This document shows positions 59,447-64,000 of a DNA stretch of 64,000 nucleotides, piece after piece. Source of the DNA: an uncultured Pelagibacteraceae bacterium (GTDB lineage Bacteria > Pseudomonadota > Alphaproteobacteria > Pelagibacterales > Pelagibacteraceae). Below the pieces are notes generated by a model. That model was not told the DNA's origin. It was given only the letters and a program-made list of their open reading frames with translations, and made no database searches. Location of the stretch: contig CACBTT010000002.1 of the NCBI GenBank assembly GCA_902542235.1, forward strand, positions 15,926 to 79,925. Reading direction: 5' to 3'. The translations under genes were made by a program, and so were the position numbers. Within the stretch, counting starts at the first letter, position 1. Each line of letters starts with the position of its first letter.

Positions 59447-59542
59447 ATTATGTTATATTCCTTTGTAGTATAATGTTTTAAAAGCATATAATTTTGTAAA
59501 ATCAAAATAAGACATATTTGTGTTTTTTCAACTTAGAAATAT

Positions 59543-60067
59543 ATGGAATCAAATAAAAATCTAGTTTTAGTAGGTATGATGGGCTCAGGTAAGACATTAA
59601 TAGGAAAATTGATTTCTAAACAAACCAAACTTAAATTTATTGATATAGATAATAAAATTGAAGAAAAGGAAAAAATGAAAATTGCAGAAATTTTTAAAAA
59701 AAAGGGAGAAAAATACTTCCGTGAATGTGAAGAAGAAATAACATTATCATGTTTAAAAGGTGAGAAACAAATTTTATCACTAGGTGGAGGTGCATATATT
59801 AATACTAATATTAGGAAAGAATGTAAGAAAAGTTCTTTTAGTTTTTGGTTAAATTGGAAAAAAGATATAATAATTAAACGAATAAATGGTAGCAAAAAAA
59901 GACCTCTGGCTATGAAATTAAGTGAAACAGATCTAGAGAGACTAATAAATGAAAGGGCTAAAATATATAGTTTGGCAGACTTCACAATTAATTGTGATCA
60001 GTTAAATAAAAATGAAATAGCAAATAAAATTATAAAAAAATATGAAACAAAAAATAATAAAGGTTAA
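59543..60067 (+). CDS. aroK: Shikimate kinase
   Basis: GMMGSGKT, GEKYFR..E, SLGGG, RPL, R...Y. Confidence 0.95.
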   Translation: MESNKNLVLVGMMGSGKTLIGKLISKQTKLKFIDIDNKIEEKEKMKIAEIFKKKGEKYFRECEEEITLSCLKGEKQILSLGGGAYINTNIRKECKKSSFSFWLNWKKDIIIKRINGSKKRPLAMKLSETDLERLINERAKIYSLADFTINCDQLNKNEIANKIIKKYETKNNKG

Positions 60068-61157
60068 AACTAAAAGTAAAAATTACGAAGTTCATATTGG
60101 TACCAATCTATTTCCAAAACTAAAAAATATTTTAAAAAAAAATAAATTATTATTTTCAAAATGTTTGATTGTAATTGACAGTAAGATACCAAAAAAATTT
60201 AGAACATTACTTTTAAAAAATTTAAAAAATCTAAATATTTATACTTTAAATTTTAATGCAAATGAAAAAAATAAAAGTTACTTAAGTATCGATAAAATAC
60301 ATAATGTTTTATTTAAAAATAATTTTTATAGAGAGGACTGTATAATTTCATTTGGTGGAGGGATTACAGGAGATGTAGTTGGATATGCAGCTAGCACATA
60401 TAAAAGAGGAATAAAATTTATTAACATACCTTCCACTTTATTAGCTCAAGTCGACTCTTCAATAGGTGGCAAAACAGGTATTAATAATAAATTCGGAAAA
60501 AATCTTGTAGGAAGTTTTTATCAACCAGATTTAGTAATTTCAGATATTAATTTACTACGTACCCTCCCCAAAAGAGAAATTATATGTGGATATGCTGAAA
60601 TACTAAAAAGTAGTTTAATTGATAGCAAAAAAAGTTTTTTTTTTTTAGATAAAAATTTTAATAAGATTTTAAACCTAAAAGGAAATTTTATAATTAATGC
60701 AATTTTAAATAGCTGTTTACTAAAAAAAAAAATTATTGAAAAGGATGAAAAAGAAAAAAATTTAAGAAAATCTTTAAATCTTGGCCATACTTTTGCCCAC
60801 GCATATGAAGCTACTCTTGGTTACTCAAAAAAATTAAATCATGGAGAAGCTGTTATATTTGGTTTAATGAATGCTGTAAATTTTAGTAAAGAAAAAAAAA
60901 TTATTTCAGATCCAAATTCAGAATTAATAAATAATCATATTAAAAAAATAGAAATTAAAAATAAATATAAAGATCTTTTTAATAAAAGGAAAATTACATC
61001 AATTTTAAATTTTATGAAAAGTGATAAAAAAAATAAATCAGATAGTATAAATTTAATATTACTAAGGAATTTTGGTAAATTAAACCTAAATTATCAGGCT
61101 AAATCTGGTGAATTGAACGAGTTTTTATTAAAAGAATTAAATAAAGCTTATTTGTAA
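60042..61157 (+). CDS. aroB: 3-dehydroquinate synthase
   Basis: GGGITGD, PSTLLAQVDSSIGGKTGIN, LNLGHTFAHA, HGEAV. Confidence 0.96.
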   Translation: MKQKIIKVKTKSKNYEVHIGTNLFPKLKNILKKNKLLFSKCLIVIDSKIPKKFRTLLLKNLKNLNIYTLNFNANEKNKSYLSIDKIHNVLFKNNFYREDCIISFGGGITGDVVGYAASTYKRGIKFINIPSTLLAQVDSSIGGKTGINNKFGKNLVGSFYQPDLVISDINLLRTLPKREIICGYAEILKSSLIDSKKSFFFLDKNFNKILNLKGNFIINAILNSCLLKKKIIEKDEKEKNLRKSLNLGHTFAHAYEATLGYSKKLNHGEAVIFGLMNAVNFSKEKKIISDPNSELINNHIKKIEIKNKYKDLFNKRKITSILNFMKSDKKNKSDSINLILLRNFGKLNLNYQAKSGELNEFLLKELNKAYL

Positions 61158-61397
61158 AGAATGAATATCAGTTTTCAATTCTTCGCTTAAAATTTTGTAA
61201 ATAACTTTATTGGACTGAATTCTACTCGTTTTTTTTAATATATCAGAATTTATTTCTAATTTAATATGAAATTTACCTGTCTGATGTGAATTGTGTTTTA
61301 AGTGCTTATGAGTGTTGTCAATTATCTTTACTTCTTTTATGGAACTGTCTTCCAAAAGTTTATTTTCAATTTTTTTTGAAAGTTGATTAATATCCAT
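61137..61397 (-). CDS. bolA: BolA-family protein
   Basis: D.THKH..H, HIKLEI.S, IY..L..EL...IHSLQI; start placed at MDINQL. Confidence 0.85.
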   Translation of the reverse strand: MDINQLSKKIENKLLEDSSIKEVKIIDNTHKHLKHNSHQTGKFHIKLEINSDILKKTSRIQSNKVIYKILSEELKTDIHSLQISFI

Positions 61398-61417
61398 TAA
61401 ACTTGATATTATATAAT

Positions 61418-61951
61418 ATGAAAAATATTTGTGAATGGAATAATTGTAACGAAGAGGGACTTTACAAAGCTCCAAAAGAAAAGGATAACAGCAAAGAATA
61501 TAGGCTTCTCTGTCTTGAGCATGTAAGAGAGTTTAATAAAAGCTGGAATTATTTTTCTGGTATGAGTGACGAACAAGTAATCAACTTTTTGAAATCTGAC
61601 ATTACATGGCATAAGCCAACACAGAGTTTCAGCTCTTCAGACAATTTTTTCAAAATATTGTGGAATAATACTTTAAAAGATGAAAATGGAAAATTTAAAG
61701 ATTTTAGTAACTTGAGTCATATGAATAAGTTTAAGTTTAATAGTAATGATCTTAAAGCCTTTGAAATTTTGGGTGTTGGAGTTGGTTTAAAATGGGCTAA
61801 AATACAAGAAAAATTCAAAAGACTTGTGAAAAAATTTCACCCTGATATGAATGCTGGCAATAAAAAATTTGAAGATAAGCTTAAAGTAATAACTTTAGCT
61901 TATACCCAATTAAAAAATACTTATAAGGACAAAATTGACAACAAATATTGA
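61418..61951 (+). CDS. DnaJ-domain protein with N-terminal Cys/His motif
   Basis: CEW..C...[19 protein letters not shown]; C-terminal J-domain with HPD. Confidence 0.88.
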   Translation: MKNICEWNNCNEEGLYKAPKEKDNSKEYRLLCLEHVREFNKSWNYFSGMSDEQVINFLKSDITWHKPTQSFSSSDNFFKILWNNTLKDENGKFKDFSNLSHMNKFKFNSNDLKAFEILGVGVGLKWAKIQEKFKRLVKKFHPDMNAGNKKFEDKLKVITLAYTQLKNTYKDKIDNKY

Positions 61952-62909
61952 ACAGACCCCAGATATTAAATTATCTATTAAACAAACATTCGGTATAGAT
62001 TCTGATATGGAAGTGGACGCATTTTCAAAAAGGACTGATTATGTGCCAGATATAGATAAAACTTATAAATTTGATAAAGATACAACTTTAGCAATTCTCT
62101 CTGGATTTTCATTTAATAAAAGAGTCTTAGTACAAGGTTATCACGGAACAGGTAAATCAACACATATAGAACAAATTGCAGCCAGATTGAACTGGCCATG
62201 TATCAGAATTAACTTAGATAGTCATGTTAGTAGAATAGATTTAATTGGTAAAGACTCAATTGTAATTAAAGATGGCAAACAAGTCACGGAATTCAAGGAG
62301 GGAATTCTTCCTTGGTCTATACAAAATCCAGTGGCTTTAGTATTTGATGAATATGATGCGGGTAGACCAGATGTGATGTTTGTAATTCAAAGGGTTTTGG
62401 AAGCCGAGGGAAATTTTACTTTATTGGATAAGAATAAGGTCATTAAACAAAATAAATACTTCAGATTATTTGCAACTTCAAATACTGTTGGTTTGGGAGA
62501 TACAACTGGTCTCTATCATGGAACACAACAAATTAACCAAGGACAAATGGATAGATGGAACATTGTTACAACATTAAATTATTTAGCTTTAGAAAAGGAA
62601 ATGGAAATTATTTTAGGAAAAAATAAATCTTTAGATAATACTAAAGGTAAAGAGAGAGTTGCAAACATGATAAAAGTTGCGACACTAACAAGAAAAGGAT
62701 TTATGGCTGGAGATATTTCAACTGTTATGAGTCCTAGGACAGTACTACATTGGGCAGAAAATTCTGAAATATTTAAAGATGTGGGCTATGCATTCAGAGT
62801 AACTTTTTTAAATAAATGCGATGATGTAGAAAAGAATACAATCGCAGAATACTATCAAAGATGTTTTGGTGAAGAATTGCCAGAGTCGATGATAAATATT
62901 CAGGTTTAA
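61935..62909 (+). CDS. cobS: CobS-type (MoxR-like) AAA+ ATPase
   Basis: [44 protein letters not shown]. Confidence 0.93.
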   Translation: MTTNIEQTPDIKLSIKQTFGIDSDMEVDAFSKRTDYVPDIDKTYKFDKDTTLAILSGFSFNKRVLVQGYHGTGKSTHIEQIAARLNWPCIRINLDSHVSRIDLIGKDSIVIKDGKQVTEFKEGILPWSIQNPVALVFDEYDAGRPDVMFVIQRVLEAEGNFTLLDKNKVIKQNKYFRLFATSNTVGLGDTTGLYHGTQQINQGQMDRWNIVTTLNYLALEKEMEIILGKNKSLDNTKGKERVANMIKVATLTRKGFMAGDISTVMSPRTVLHWAENSEIFKDVGYAFRVTFLNKCDDVEKNTIAEYYQRCFGEELPESMINIQV

Positions 62910-64000
62910 TGAAAAAAGATGATCTTATAAAAGAGCAATTTAAACAAGCTTTAAACTCAACAATTAAAGCTATTTCAGGTGAAACATATACATTAAAAGA
63001 CAAAAAAAATTTAAAAGAATTTAATTTTTCTAGATTTGATAATTTAAAAGATAAGGAAAACTTTATTAAATTGAGAGCCGAGGCAGATTCGGAGGCATTA
63101 AAAAGAAAATTTTCTGATAATTCTACTTTGGAACAAAATATTCCAAAGACACCTACTTGTCATACACTGTATAAAATTTCTGAGAAAATAAGATATGAAC
63201 TTTTAGGATCACAGATGATGAGAGGAATTTCTAAAAATTTAATGACCAAATATAACAATAAGATTGGTATGGCAAAATCTGAAAATATAAAAAAGAGAGA
63301 AGAGTCTAATGTTTCTGAAGCTTTTGAATATTACATGCTTAATAAAATAATGAACGTAAGTTTATCTGAAAGCGCTGAAAAAATTTTATCATACTGGAAA
63401 GATGATTTTGAAAAATCTTTAGATAAATACATAGACTTTTTAAAAGAAAATGCAGAGAATCAAAACATATACAATTCCAAAATATCAGAAATTCTCCAGA
63501 ATATGGAAATCTTTGAGTCCGAGGAAGAAAACAAAAGGGAAGAGCAAAAAGAAGATGAACAAGATAATAACAATTCAAAAGATGATCAAAAAACAGATAG
63601 TGGAGAGTCTCAAGAAAGAGAAGAGGAAGATAGTATCAATGAAGGTGTTGATAGTTCTGACGAAATGAATGAATTTAGACTTGATGAACAACTTGGAAAT
63701 GATGATGCTGAAAATAATGAAATAGAAAATATTGTCCAGAAAAAAAATTTAGGAATAAGTAATAAAGAATATAAAATATATACTTCAGAATTTGATGAGA
63801 CAGCAAAAGCTGAAACATTGGAAAACTCAGAAGAAATTTCTAAATTAAGAAAAAATTTAGATCAACAGCTAACTAGTTTCCAAGACATAATTACAAAACT
63901 TGCAAATAAATTACAAAGACAGTTACTTGCAAAACAAAATAGATCTTGGGAATTTGATCTTGAAGAGGGTTTATTAGATAGTTCAAAATTACCAAGAATA
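62909..64000 (+). CDS. cobT: CobT-type protein (partial; runs off the window end)
   Basis: Open frame from ATG 62909 with LRAEADSEAL, an acidic linker, FDE, and LANKLQRQLLAKQNRSWEFDLEEGLLD. Confidence 0.88.
   Translation, partial: MKKDDLIKEQFKQALNSTIKAISGETYTLKDKKNLKEFNFSRFDNLKDKENFIKLRAEADSEALKRKFSDNSTLEQNIPKTPTCHTLYKISEKIRYELLGSQMMRGISKNLMTKYNNKIGMAKSENIKKREESNVSEAFEYYMLNKIMNVSLSESAEKILSYWKDDFEKSLDKYIDFLKENAENQNIYNSKISEILQNMEIFESEEENKREEQKEDEQDNNNSKDDQKTDSGESQEREEEDSINEGVDSSDEMNEFRLDEQLGNDDAENNEIENIVQKKNLGISNKEYKIYTSEFDETAKAETLENSEEISKLRKNLDQQLTSFQDIITKLANKLQRQLLAKQNRSWEFDLEEGLLDSSKLPRI

Noticed and set aside
1003-63668. Numerous 60-150-aa ORFs in the track lying antisense to or out of frame within known genes (for example 3005-3238, 6424-6783, 46529-46882, 59533-59985, 63450-63668)
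   Set aside because: They are shadow frames of AT-rich coding sequence, rich in Phe/Leu/Ile/Ser with no motifs, and fully overlap confidently identified genes.

Overview
Very AT-rich, densely packed alphaproteobacterial chromosome segment. Gene content, overlapping start/stop codons, tiny intergenic gaps, gcrA, malate synthase G and an alphaproteobacterial-type tRNA-His point to SAR11/Pelagibacterales (inference from gene content and style). It holds about 75 mostly housekeeping CDSs covering translation, amino-acid synthesis (arg, his, trp, aro, dap), LPS/Kdo, secretion and DNA repair. It also holds three tRNAs (His-GTG, Phe-GAA, Thr-GGT) and the SRP RNA. I saw no integrase, transposase, prophage or CRISPR array. 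Four small ORFs missing from the ORF track were recovered: rpmH, a 33-aa basic protein, a 46-aa membrane protein and a 50-aa His-rich ORF. Best leads: (1) a His-codon-rich, self-complementary ORF/RNA element just upstream of tRNA-His-hisS-hisZ-hisG; (2) a coupled HDAC-family deacylase plus SET/post-SET methyltransferase pair; (3) an RmuC / phage-type PD-(D/E)XK exonuclease / ExoI trio where addAB usually lies; (4) a sulfotransferase between hisZ and hisG; (5) a tRNA-Thr with an apparently compensated U19:A56 elbow; (6) core enzymes with altered catalytic motifs (TrpB, Cmk). All calls come from reading motifs by eye; no searches were run.
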